From positions 640,001 through 704,000 of the forward strand of contig CBDBHB010000009.1 of assembly GCA_965205505.1 (NCBI GenBank): a stretch of 64,000 nt of DNA. Direction: 5' to 3'. The notes under the pieces are model-generated. The model saw only the letters and a list, made by a program, of their open reading frames with translations. It was not told the DNA's origin and did no database searches. A program made the position numbers and the translations under genes. This document shows positions 19,142 through 28,190 of this stretch, piece by piece (the first letter of the stretch is position 1; each line of letters opens with the position of its first letter). The stretch comes from Acidobacteriota bacterium. Its GTDB lineage: Bacteria > Acidobacteriota > UBA890 > WLXD01.

Positions 19142-19669
19142 TCAGCGCTTTCGCCAGATAGTCGCTGTTTTCTCAACCCACGAAATACTGTGATCGGGCC
19201 CTAGCTGTTCAATCCCGCGCGCTGCCTCGCGGGCCCCACCGTCTTGCGCGACAAGACGGGCGAGCTCGCTAGCCCGTTCCTGGCCTAACGCGTCAAACAC
19301 TCGGACAACGAAGAGACGGCCCGTCAACCGATCCCGCGCCTCGTACCAGTAGGCCGGCGCAGGCTCGCAGATCCCGCCGGCGATGTACGTCCACGGCTCT
19401 TCGATTGCTGCGTCTAGGGCCTGATCGCCGTAGCAGGTGATTTCGATGAAGCTCAACCAATCGCCGATCCGGCTGTCTTGCGGTGCTGAGCGAGACGCGA
19501 TCGATACGAGTTCGCTTATTTGCAGGTAGTGCACGACCGGGTTGGCGAACTCGGTTCCGTCCTCCAGTAAGAAACGGTCATTCAATACGCGCCCAAGCTG
19601 CAGTCCACGGTTGCGCAGGCACAAGAGAACTGCGTAGTCGCCGGGACCAAGCTCTACGCCGTCCGGCAT
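19142..19669 (-). CDS. Hypothetical protein
   Basis: Protein-like ORF from ATG 19669 with GGGAGA RBS; no family recognised. Confidence 0.55.
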   Translation of the reverse strand: MPDGVELGPGDYAVLLCLRNRGLQLGRVLNDRFLLEDGTEFANPVVHYLQISELVSIASRSAPQDSRIGDWLSFIEITCYGDQALDAAIEEPWTYIAGGICEPAPAYWYEARDRLTGRLFVVRVFDALGQERASELARLVAQDGGAREAARGIEQLGPDHSISWVEKTATIWRKR

Positions 19670-19700
19670 CTTTGTCTCCCGTTGCCCACGCCTCACGCAC

Positions 19701-19757
19701 GCGGAACAGTTTTCTTCCTACCACTACAGAAGCGCGCAGCCGGGCGATTTGCGAGGG
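19701..19757. repeat. Upstream repeat element, diverged copy B
   Basis: AGCGCGCAGCCGGGCGA..TGCGAGGG shared with 19081-19107; weaker GCGGAAYAG and ACCAC blocks shared with copies A and C. Confidence 0.7.
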
Positions 19758-19953
19758 GAGGGCGTCGCGACCGCTGCGTGCGTCACCGCTGCTTGCTCTC
19801 GGAACAGCAGGGGCTAGCGGTTCTTCAGCGTGCCGTAGAAGGGGAACCGGCTGCCGCGTCGGGACATCGGAAACCGTCCGGGCCGCTCCCATGATGAGGG
19901 CGCGGGAAGGACTGGATCGACACGTGGAGGAGCGTCGACGCTTCTCAGAACCG

Positions 19954-20577
19954 TTAGCTCGTTCCTTCCGCTGAGTCCTCTCGGTCGATTCTCCGGAGGC
20001 CGTGCCAGCGACGGAACCTGTTCACAGGCCGCGCCACCGTGTGCATCGCGCGTCGTAGCGGCCACAACCCGGTCACTTTGACTAGCGCAGGTTCCTCGTC
20101 TCCAGTGTTCCAGCGGTAGCGGTGTGTAATGCGTCGCCGTATCCAGGCCGGGCGTGGATGGCCGAGGCGAATCTCCAGGTATCGGGTGTGGAAGCCGTGC
20201 GCCCAAGGGCCCGGCAGGCGCTCTGAGAACATGCATGCGCTCCCGTAATCGAAGAGGCTGCAATTGCCGGTGATTACTAGCGGCGTTGGACTCTCTGGAT
20301 CCGTAACGGCTAGCGACAGACTGTCGGGACCGCTCGACCTCTGCGTGTCTCCGGCGATGCCGACAGAAAGCGGGTCTGGCTCGTGGGTCGACGCGCCTGG
20401 CTGAACACTGGCACGGATCTCGACGTCAACGCTCGGAGGCCCATGTGTGATGAGCGTGGTCCAACAAACGAACCTGCTCGCGGTGCACTCGCAGAACGTG
20501 ACACAGGGGTGACTCACGCGGAGCCGCGGCCAATCGCGTGTCCATCGTTTCAACCCCGCGGCGACTAAACCGACCAA
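19954..20577 (-). CDS. Hypothetical ORF abutting IS3 (start uncertain, possibly a remnant)
   Basis: Longest ORF in the gap, co-oriented with its neighbours; no motif. Confidence 0.3.
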   Translation of the reverse strand: MVGLVAAGLKRWTRDWPRLRVSHPCVTFCECTASRFVCWTTLITHGPPSVDVEIRASVQPGASTHEPDPLSVGIAGDTQRSSGPDSLSLAVTDPESPTPLVITGNCSLFDYGSACMFSERLPGPWAHGFHTRYLEIRLGHPRPAWIRRRITHRYRWNTGDEEPALVKVTGLWPLRRAMHTVARPVNRFRRWHGLRRIDREDSAEGTS

Positions 20578-20578
20578 G

Positions 20579-21838
20579 TGACCTGACCCCCCAAAACGGA
20601 TCCAGAGGTAATCTCACGATCTGGGTCGAAAAGGGGAGGTCAGAATGCCGACGAAGAGGCACAGCGCCGAGCAGATCGTACGCAAGCTCCGGGAGGCTGA
20701 AGTGGAGCAGGCGCAAGGCGGGACGGTCAAGGATGCCTGCCGCAAGCTAGCGATCACCGAGCACACCTACTATCGGTGGCGGCGGGAGTACGGGGGGCTG
20801 AAGGTCAACCAGGCCAGAAGGCTCAAGCAGCTGGAGAAAGAAAACGCCCGGCTCAAGAAACTGGTGGCGGAGAAAGAGCTCGACCTGTCGATCCTGAAGG
20901 AAGTCGCGGAGGGAAACTTCTGAGCCCAGCTCGACGGCGCGAGGCGGTGGCGCATGTACGGGGGCGGCTGGGCGTCTCCGAGAGGCGGGCGTGCCGGGTA
21001 CTGAAACAACCACGCACGACACACAGGTACATGCCAAGAGAACCGGGCGATGAGCAGATGTTGACGGAGCGGATCGTGGATCTAGCCCGACAATACGGGC
21101 GCTACGGGTATCGGCGAGTGACGGCGTTGTTGCGTATGGAGGGCTGGTGGGTGAACCACAAACGAGTGCAGCGTATCTGGAGGCGTGAGGGGCTGAAAGT
21201 ACCGACAAAGCAGCCCAAACGAGCCCGGCTGTGGCTCAGCGATGGCTCGTGCATCCGGCTGCGACCACAGCGCAAAGATCACGTCTGGGCGTATGACTTC
21301 GTTCATCACCGGACGCACGAGGGTCGGGCTATGAGGCTGCTGACGATCGTCGATGAGTACACACGAGAAAGCCTGGCGATCGACGTGGCACGGAAGCTCA
21401 ACTGTGAGGACGTGCTCGAGCGGCTCGGGTGGTTGTTCGTGCACCGGGGCATACCTGAGCACATCCGGTCCGATAACGGACCGGAGTTCACCGCCGAGGC
21501 GGTTCGCGACTGGCTCGGTAGGCTCGGTGTGGGCACGCTGTTCATCGAGCCGGGCTCGCCGTGGGAGAACGGCTACGTGGAGAGCTTCAACGGCAAGCTC
21601 CGAGACGAGCTGCTCAACGGCGAGATCTTCTACACGCTCAAGGAGGCAAAGGTTCTGATCGAGAGATGGAGGCAGCAGTACAACCGCATGCGACCGCACA
21701 GCTCGTTGGGCTACCGACCACCGGCCCCGGAGGCGCTGTTGTTGAAGCCGGCTACGCTCCGCTTCGCCGGCCTCAACAACCCCTTGTCAGCACCGAGTTA
21801 CTGAGATAAGACGTGGTACTAACCGTGGGGTCAGGTCA
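20579..21838 (+). mobile_element. IS3-family insertion sequence (IS407-like), 1260 bp
   Basis: TG...CA ends; TIR TGACCTGACCCC / GGGGTCAGGTCA; orfA/orfB; no target duplication visible. Confidence 0.93.
20645..21804 (+). CDS. IS3 transposase OrfAB (-1 programmed frameshift)
   Basis: OrfA 20645-20923 ([14 protein letters not shown]); slippery G GGA AAC at 20911-20917; OrfB DDE ([23 protein letters not shown]). Confidence 0.93.
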
Positions 21839-21923
21839 AACTCACGGGGCCCCCGCAGTGCGGGCACGCGGCCGCTTTGTCGGAGATCTGGGCTTCGCAT
21901 TCAGAACACGCAATCAGTGCCAT
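21831..21923 (-). pseudogene. Zinc-ribbon protein N-terminus truncated by IS3
   Basis: MALIACSECEAQISDKAAACPHCGGPVS then reads into the IS end and stops; GAGGTAGG RBS. Confidence 0.8.
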
Positions 21924-22001
21924 CGCCTACCTCGGTAGGTGGTCGGGGTCATGGTCGATCAGCCTCCGCCATACAGATCGCCGGTCGCGGGTTCCGGAAG
22001 T

Positions 22002-22062
22002 GGCGGTGCTCCGCAAAGGCTGCTCAGCCTAGCGGAATAGATCGGCTCTCACCACGGGAGAG
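22002..22062. repeat. Upstream repeat element, copy C
   Basis: 61-bp direct repeat of 19022-19082 with one mismatch. Confidence 0.9.
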
Positions 22063-22201
22063 TGTGCTAGATGAATCGAACGACGAGGAGGAGTGCCTCA
22101 GAAGACGCCTGTGCTCCGGTCGCAACTGCCCGAAGGGGACGATTCAGCAGCGGTGGCCATCACATCAGAGGTGTCTTGATTAACTTCGCGAGGGGTATTG
22201 C

Positions 22202-22335
22202 GACGGGGCGCCGGTGGGAGCGCACTTCTTCGCCCCGATGGGTCAAGAGGCGCGGCTCCTGCGGCTCGCCGGCCAACTCGAGATCGCCGCGCCGTGGGCA
22301 GAGCGTCGGCCGCCGTGCATGTCACCGTCAGCTGA
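22202..22335 (+). pseudogene. Amidase C-terminal remnant
   Basis: Hand translation DGAPVGAHFFAPMGQEARLLRLAGQLEIAAPWAERRPP, a typical amidase-signature family C-terminus; no N-terminal part present. Confidence 0.75.
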
Positions 22336-22433
22336 GCCAGCGTCTCGAAAAGGGCAGTGAGCCGCCCCCAACAGGGCGGGAAAATGCCGCGTCGATGCCG
22401 TGAGTGCGTAGCTGCGGAGTGTATCCTCGGTCG

Positions 22434-22997
22434 ATGCGATTGACTCGGCTGTATACGCGCAACGGCGACGGCGGCACGACTCGGCTTGCCACCGGGATCG
22501 ATGTTCGCAAGGACTGTCCGCGGGTGGTGGCATACGGCGAAGTGGATGAGCTGAACTCCCACATCGGAAGCGCGCTCGCCGTCGGCGTCGTGCCGCGATT
22601 GGGCGTTGAGTTGCAGCGACTGCAGAATGAGCTGCTCGATCTGGGAGGCGATCTGGCCACGCCCCTCGACGCCGAGATCGACTTTGTCGTGCCGCGCATC
22701 CAGGCGACGCAGGTGGCGCGGCTGGAGGCGTCGATCGACGAGCTCAACGAGGTAACCGGGGCCCTGGAGAATTTTGTCTTGCCGGGGGGCGCGCCAGGCT
22801 CAGCCGCCCTTCACGTTGCTCGCACTGTCTGCCGACGAGCCGAGCGAGCGGTGATAACGCTTGCCGCCGAAGCGGACGTCGGCGAGGTGGTGATTCCGTA
22901 CTTGAATCGGCTGTCCGACCTGCTCTTCGCTATGGCGCGCTATGAGAATCACGAGCGCGGCGTGGCGGAGCCGCTCTGGAAGCCCGCCGGCGACTGA
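22434..22997 (+). CDS. pduO: ATP:cob(I)alamin adenosyltransferase, PduO type
   Basis: LYTRNGDGGTT, AYGEVDELNS, ARTVCRRAER, YLNRLSDLLF. Confidence 0.93.
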   Translation: MRLTRLYTRNGDGGTTRLATGIDVRKDCPRVVAYGEVDELNSHIGSALAVGVVPRLGVELQRLQNELLDLGGDLATPLDAEIDFVVPRIQATQVARLEASIDELNEVTGALENFVLPGGAPGSAALHVARTVCRRAERAVITLAAEADVGEVVIPYLNRLSDLLFAMARYENHERGVAEPLWKPAGD

Positions 22998-23148
22998 TCT
23001 GTAGCGCCGGCAAGCTCCTGGGCCTAGCATGCGGCGTTCTCGCCGTGAGGCGGAAACACCATCCGCAGTCGGCAATGATGTGGGGGTGGACAGGAATCGA
23101 GCGACATGTACGATGGGCGCACCTCAGGCGGCTCCCAGCGGGGTGAGA

Positions 23149-23400
23149 ATGTTCTATAGACCTCGACTAGCGCACCGTGCGTACGCCTCGGTACGCGGCT
23201 ACTTCTGGATTCCCTGCCCGATCTGCAAGCGCGGCTTCGGCGAGCACGAGTGGCTTCCCGGCAACGAGCTGTGGCTCACCGAGCGTGATTCCGTGGCTGT
23301 TTGCCCGGATTGCGGCCCAGAGGCGATCGAGACAAATCGTGAGCGCGGCTTCCCACCGACCGATCGGCCAATCGACGGCGGAGTGTCATCGATCTACTGA
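23149..23400 (+). CDS. Small Cys-rich (two CxxC) hypothetical protein
   Basis: CPIC...CPDC in an 83-aa ORF. Confidence 0.55.
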   Translation: MFYRPRLAHRAYASVRGYFWIPCPICKRGFGEHEWLPGNELWLTERDSVAVCPDCGPEAIETNRERGFPPTDRPIDGGVSSIY

Positions 23401-23418
23401 GGCGTTGCTCCGCACGGA

Positions 23419-24018
23419 TTAGTCGACGGCGGCTCCGTCGAGCAATCGATCGATGAGGATTCGGAGCTCCTCGTGCTTGGTCGGTACGGCGCCGATCCAA
23501 CGCCTGCGGACTTGCCACTCCGAATCGATCAGCAGCGTCGTTGGGAGTCCCCATAACGGGCCGAACCGCTCTTCGAACTCGGCCGTGCCCATGACCACCG
23601 TGTAGTCAACGCGGAAGCGGTCGCTGCTTACGAACTGATCCACGGTGGGAGCGCTGCCGGACTGCACGGCAACGCCTATCACCTCGACGGCGCGGTCACG
23701 GTACTCGTCGTAGAGCTTGTTGTAGCGTGGTATCTCGGTCAGGCAGGGTCCGCACCAGGTGGCCCAGACGTCGAGAACGACCACTCGGCCCCGGAGACTC
23801 GACGAGCGTATCGGGGTTCCGTCCAAGCGCTCGAGCACAAACGGTGCAGCGGGTGACGGCTCGTTCAACGCCGCCACCCCGGCCGCGGCGACGGCCGGAT
23901 CTCCACCATACCCGGTGATCGTCAGCGACCACGCCACGAGGGCGACGGTTCCGGCGACGGCTACCGAGGAAACGAGGTTCGGTCGAGGCATGGGCACCAG
24001 CGGCGAGAAGAACGGCAT
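23419..24018 (-). CDS. TlpA/ResA-family thiol:disulfide oxidoreductase
   Basis: N-terminal anchor; WATWCGPC; GLPTTLLID. Confidence 0.9.
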   Translation of the reverse strand: MPFFSPLVPMPRPNLVSSVAVAGTVALVAWSLTITGYGGDPAVAAAGVAALNEPSPAAPFVLERLDGTPIRSSSLRGRVVVLDVWATWCGPCLTEIPRYNKLYDEYRDRAVEVIGVAVQSGSAPTVDQFVSSDRFRVDYTVVMGTAEFEERFGPLWGLPTTLLIDSEWQVRRRWIGAVPTKHEELRILIDRLLDGAAVD

Positions 24019-24081
24019 CCAAAGGCTGTTTTGCCGCTCTCCGCCTCCCGGTTTCCGTCGACCGTGGAGATTTTCTATTGC

Positions 24082-24417
24082 CTATCGCCAGTAGCGATAT
24101 CCGTAGCGCCGGAAACCGTAGTTCCGGTACCCGTACGATCGATAACCGTAGGAACGGTACCCGTATCGCCGTGGCGCATAACCGTAGGAGTACCGTCCCC
24201 CATACAGGCGTGCACCGTATCCGTATGAGCGACCATACCCATACCCGCTGTAGAGCGGACGCCCGTAGTAGGCCACAGGCGGCAGCCCTCCGCGGGCGCG
24301 GATCGAATAGGGAATTGGCTGCCGGGGTCGCATGCGGCGCTCGGCGTAGGCACCGGTCTCGATCGCGAACCCGGCCACCATCAGCAGCGCTGCCAGGATG
24401 ATACTGAGCCTCTTCAT
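24082..24417 (-). CDS. Secreted Tyr/Gly/Arg-rich low-complexity protein
   Basis: AAGGAGG RBS; signal peptide ending AYA; tandem RxYGY units. Confidence 0.75.
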   Translation of the reverse strand: MKRLSIILAALLMVAGFAIETGAYAERRMRPRQPIPYSIRARGGLPPVAYYGRPLYSGYGYGRSYGYGARLYGGRYSYGYAPRRYGYRSYGYRSYGYRNYGFRRYGYRYWR

Positions 24418-24544
24418 ACACGCCTCCTTGGCTGGGGACGCGCACATCATACCCGGACAGCAGCGGACAGGAGCGGACAACGAGGGCCAACACCAGACTG
24501 GCACGCTGGCCACGCGCACGCCTCGGCGCGGATAGAATTCGTGT

Positions 24545-24949
24545 ATGGTCCATCGCCTGGCGACGCGCGCCCCGAGTACAGGGCTGCACGAGATCACCGC
24601 CGATGTGGCAGCCGCGGTACGCGCCGCAGGCATCTCCGAGGGAATCTGTACTCTGTTCGTGCGCCACACCTCGGCGAGCCTGACGATCCAGGAGAACGCC
24701 GATCCTTCAGCCCGCCGCGATCTGCAGGCATGGCTCGAGCGGCTCGTTCCCGAGGGCGATCCACTCTACACGCACACGGCTGAGGGCGCGGACGATATGC
24801 CAGCGCACGTCAAGGCGGCGCTGACGGCCACCTCGCTGTCGATTCCCGTGCTCGATGGACGCCTCGGCCTCGGTACGTGGCAAGGAATCTATCTGTGGGA
24901 GCATCGACGACCGCCGCGGGAGCGCGAGATCCTGATCCACCTCGGCTAG
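24545..24949 (+). CDS. yjbQ: YjbQ/UPF0047 family protein
   Basis: HTSASLTIQENADP, EGADDMPAHVK, LGTWQGIYLWEHR. Confidence 0.92.
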   Translation: MVHRLATRAPSTGLHEITADVAAAVRAAGISEGICTLFVRHTSASLTIQENADPSARRDLQAWLERLVPEGDPLYTHTAEGADDMPAHVKAALTATSLSIPVLDGRLGLGTWQGIYLWEHRRPPREREILIHLG

Positions 24950-25154
24950 CCACTCGCCGCTGCGGCCGCCTCCACGGCGCGCATAACGCGTTGCCTGATC
25001 TCTTCGCTCATCGTGGGGCTGCGCTCGGCTGCGGCGTTAGGGTACGGACGTCAGAGAGGGAAGATAGGCTACAACGACCCCAGGGAGCTCGACGCAGACC
25101 GCCGCGCTTGCTCCGGCAACTGCCGGTGCACGGTATCTACCGAGTGAGGAACGC

Positions 25155-25826
25155 ATGACCGAGCGGGAAGAGTTCGTGCCGCTGCCGGCGTATGAGGAGT
25201 ACCCGGCGGAGCAGATGCGCCGGCGAGCGCGCGCTTTCTTCGAGAACCTCTCACGCCGCCGGACGGTGCGGGAGTTCGATTCGCGTCCGCTGCCGCCCGA
25301 CGTGATCGACGATTGCATCCGTGCCGCCGGCACCGCGCCGAGCGGCGCCAACATGCAGCCCTGGCATTTCGTCGTGGTGACCGATCCAAAGATCAAGCGC
25401 CAGGTGCGCGAGGCTGCCGAGGAGGAGGAGCGCGAGTTTTACACCCAGCGGGCTCCGCAGGAGTGGTTAGATGCGCTGGCACCCCTGGGCACCAACGAGC
25501 ACAAGCCCTTCCTCGAGGAAGCTCCGGCGCTTATTGCGGTGTTTGTGGAGCGCTGGGGCCTGCTACCGGATGGGCGCAAGGTAAAGCACTACTACGCCCT
25601 CGAGTCGGTCGGCTTGGCCACCGGCATGCTGATCGCGGCAGTGCACGAGGCCGGCTTGGCGTCACTCACGCACACTCCGAGCCCCATGAGGTTCTTGAAA
25701 GAGATCCTCGGGCGGCCCGACAACGAGAGCGCGTTCCTGATCTTGGTAGTGGGGTATCCAGCCAACGACTGCCGCGTCCCCGACATTGGCCGCAAGCAGC
25801 TCGACGAGTTGCGCACCACGATCTAA
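25155..25826 (+). CDS. Nitroreductase-superfamily protein, iodotyrosine deiodinase-like
   Basis: [38 protein letters not shown]. Confidence 0.88.
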   Translation: MTEREEFVPLPAYEEYPAEQMRRRARAFFENLSRRRTVREFDSRPLPPDVIDDCIRAAGTAPSGANMQPWHFVVVTDPKIKRQVREAAEEEEREFYTQRAPQEWLDALAPLGTNEHKPFLEEAPALIAVFVERWGLLPDGRKVKHYYALESVGLATGMLIAAVHEAGLASLTHTPSPMRFLKEILGRPDNESAFLILVVGYPANDCRVPDIGRKQLDELRTTI

Positions 25827-25830
25827 CCTC

Positions 25831-26850
25831 TCAGGCTGCCGCCTCCTTTGCCTCGACGGCGGCGGAGTAGTCGCCACTGCGTGCCAGCCCGTTACAGTGC
25901 GCGCGATGGGTGAAGGCGCGTTGCGAAGCCTCCGTGTTCTCGGCTTTTCCGGCCCAGGCCTTCAGGGCCGACGCCTGCAACGCACGTCCGAACGAAAAGC
26001 TGAGCTCCCACGGGTGCGACCCACGGCGGTTCATGGTGTTGAGGAAGTCGGTGGCATGCACCTCCGACAAGCCGCCAGATAGGAACACGATGCCTGGGAC
26101 CGCACCCGGCACGGTGCGCCGGAGCGTGCGAATAGTTGCCTCGGCGACGGCCTCCCGATTGGCCTGTACCGGGCACTGATCGCCCGACACGACCATGTTG
26201 GGCTTCAGCAACGTACCCTCGAGCTGGACGCGCTGAAGGTGGAGCTGGTGGTAGACCTCGGCGAGCGTCGCCTCGGTCACCGTGGCGCAGCGCTCGATGG
26301 TGTGATCGCCGCTCATCAGCACCTCCGGCTCGACGATCGGCACCATGTTGGCCTCCTGAGTCAACGCCGCGAAGCGCGCCAGCCCGTGCGCGTTGGCCTC
26401 GATGCACGTGCGGCTCGGGATGCCATCGCCGATGGTGATGACGGCGCGCCACTTGGTGAAGCGTGCTCCCAGCTCGTAGTACTCGGAAAGCCGCTCGCGG
26501 AGGCCGTCAAGGCCCTCGGCCACCTTCTCGCCGGGACATCCCACAAGATCCTTGGCGCCCTTGTCGACCTTGATACCGGGCACCATGCCCTGGTCCGTCA
26601 GCACCTTGGGGAACGGCACGCCGTCGTCGCTGTGCTGGCGTAGCGTTTCGTCGAAGAGAATCACCCCGCCGATGTATGGCGCGGCGCCGGCCGAGGTGAA
26701 CAGTAGCTGCCGATAGGATCGCCGGTTGTCCTCGTTCGACTCGACGCCGATCGAATCGAAGCGCTTCTTGATCGTTGGCGTGCTCTCGTCGGCGGCGAGG
26801 ACCCCCTTCTGCGGCGCGACGATTTGCTGCGCGATATCTGCCAAGCTCAT
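25831..26850 (-). CDS. fba: Fructose-bisphosphate aldolase class I
   Basis: KGVLAADES, GIKVDKG, VPIVEPE, LLKPNMV, FLSGG, FSFGRALQ; start ATG 26850. Confidence 0.95.
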   Translation of the reverse strand: MSLADIAQQIVAPQKGVLAADESTPTIKKRFDSIGVESNEDNRRSYRQLLFTSAGAAPYIGGVILFDETLRQHSDDGVPFPKVLTDQGMVPGIKVDKGAKDLVGCPGEKVAEGLDGLRERLSEYYELGARFTKWRAVITIGDGIPSRTCIEANAHGLARFAALTQEANMVPIVEPEVLMSGDHTIERCATVTEATLAEVYHQLHLQRVQLEGTLLKPNMVVSGDQCPVQANREAVAEATIRTLRRTVPGAVPGIVFLSGGLSEVHATDFLNTMNRRGSHPWELSFSFGRALQASALKAWAGKAENTEASQRAFTHRAHCNGLARSGDYSAAVEAKEAAA

Positions 26851-27064
26851 TCGAATGCCTCTTCGGGCTCCGTAGGCCGGAGTGGAAAGGGTAAAGGAAG
26901 CTCGATTGGTGGAATCTTGCGTGCCCTTGCCGGGGGTGTCAAACGACATCGGGCAGCACCCGAGATCGGGGAGGGAACTGTCGCTCGGCGGCGCGATGGC
27001 GCTTAGACTAGCCCTCACCCGGCCGAGCGGCGGACCCACCCCGAAACAGCGCAGGAGACGGTCG

Positions 27065-27865
27065 ATGACCGAGCCCAGCTCCCCGAGCCCATCTCAGGAT
27101 CCGTCGGCAGCTCCTGCGCCCGAAGCCAAGAAGAAGGGGATCAGTCCGCTGATGTGGGTGCTGATCATTCTCGGCAGCATCTTCGCGCTCACCATGGGTG
27201 CTTGCGTGGCCTGCGGCCTGGTTGTGACGCAGATGGGACGAGAGTTGGCTCGCGACTTCGAGACGAATCCCGCCAAGGCGATGGCCGAGCTGATGGTGCG
27301 GGCCAACCCCGACATCGAGCTCGTCGAAAGCGATGACGATGCCGGCACCATGACGGTGCGCGACAGGGAGACCGGCGAGGAATTCAATCTGAACTTCGAA
27401 GATATCGCCGAGGGTCGCTTCACGATCAGCAGCGATGACGGCGATCTGTCGTTCGATACCGATGCCGGCGGCGGCGGTATTACCGTGACCGGAGTCGACG
27501 GAGCCGTCTCACGCGTCGGCGCTCTCGGCGACGAGGATCTTCCCGAATGGATGCTGCTGTATCCGAGCGCCGCGATCGCGCCGGGCGGTTTTCGCGGTGC
27601 CACGGCCGAGGGCGTCGCCGGTGCATTCCAGATGAGCACCGACGACGCCTGCTCGCAGGTAAACGGCTACTTCGCGGAGGTGCTCCCGGAGGCCGGATTC
27701 CGCATCGTCTCGTCCGCCTCGTCGATTGGTTCCGCCGCGGCCACCAGTGCGATGGTCATGCTGCAAGCAGCCATGGACGACCCGGAGCGCTCCGTCACGA
27801 TCACCATGATTGACGCTGATACCGGTGGGTGCACCATCAGCGTCCAGTACGGCGCAGCACCGTAG
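27065..27865 (+). CDS. Single-pass membrane hypothetical protein
   Basis: AGGAGA RBS; KKKG followed by a TM helix; acidic extracytoplasmic domain. Confidence 0.7.
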   Translation: MTEPSSPSPSQDPSAAPAPEAKKKGISPLMWVLIILGSIFALTMGACVACGLVVTQMGRELARDFETNPAKAMAELMVRANPDIELVESDDDAGTMTVRDRETGEEFNLNFEDIAEGRFTISSDDGDLSFDTDAGGGGITVTGVDGAVSRVGALGDEDLPEWMLLYPSAAIAPGGFRGATAEGVAGAFQMSTDDACSQVNGYFAEVLPEAGFRIVSSASSIGSAAATSAMVMLQAAMDDPERSVTITMIDADTGGCTISVQYGAAP

Positions 27866-27894
27866 GACCAATCTCCGGGGCGGGTCCGCGGCGG

Positions 27895-27919
27895 CTAGTG
27901 TCCTGACTCAGGACACTCG
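27895..27919. repeat. Collapsed palindrome of the TGTCCTGAGTCAGGA-ended element
   Basis: CTAGTGTCCTGACTCAGGACACTCG; same ends as 55630-55745. Confidence 0.7.
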
Positions 27920-28190
27920 TGCTCCTGATCATAAGTACGGTGACGTTTGCAGGAGCGAGATGCGGGCGAGATCAAGGAAGGGTGAGGAAGGCGATGCCTT
28001 AGCCATCCTCGAGGAGCCCTGACGCCGAGATCGCCCGCATATCGCTCCTGCCCTCCGGGTGGCCGCGGGACCGGCCACCTTGGGCGTCGCGGCGCCTCGA
28101 CGATACACCCAGCATCGCCCTCGTCGCCGCTCCTACAATTCGCCCCGGTCGCGCGCGCCACAAACGTTACCGTACTTATGATCAGGAGCA
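27920..28190. mobile_element. MITE-like element, 271 bp, 30-bp TIRs
   Basis: TGCTCCTGATCATAAGTACGGTRACGTTTG inverted repeat (29/30); flanks CTCG/CTAG; two inverted internal hairpin units. Confidence 0.8.

Noticed and set aside
19022-22062. Integron attC array or prophage att sites
   Set aside because: The repeats lack RYYYAAC/GTTRRRY ends; no integrase, tRNA or phage genes in the window
22063-22433. Cobalamin riboswitch upstream of pduO
   Set aside because: No B12-box recognised; much of the interval is an amidase remnant
24090-24250. Non-coding tandem repeat or CRISPR
   Set aside because: The 15-nt periodicity is in-frame coding of RxYGY units
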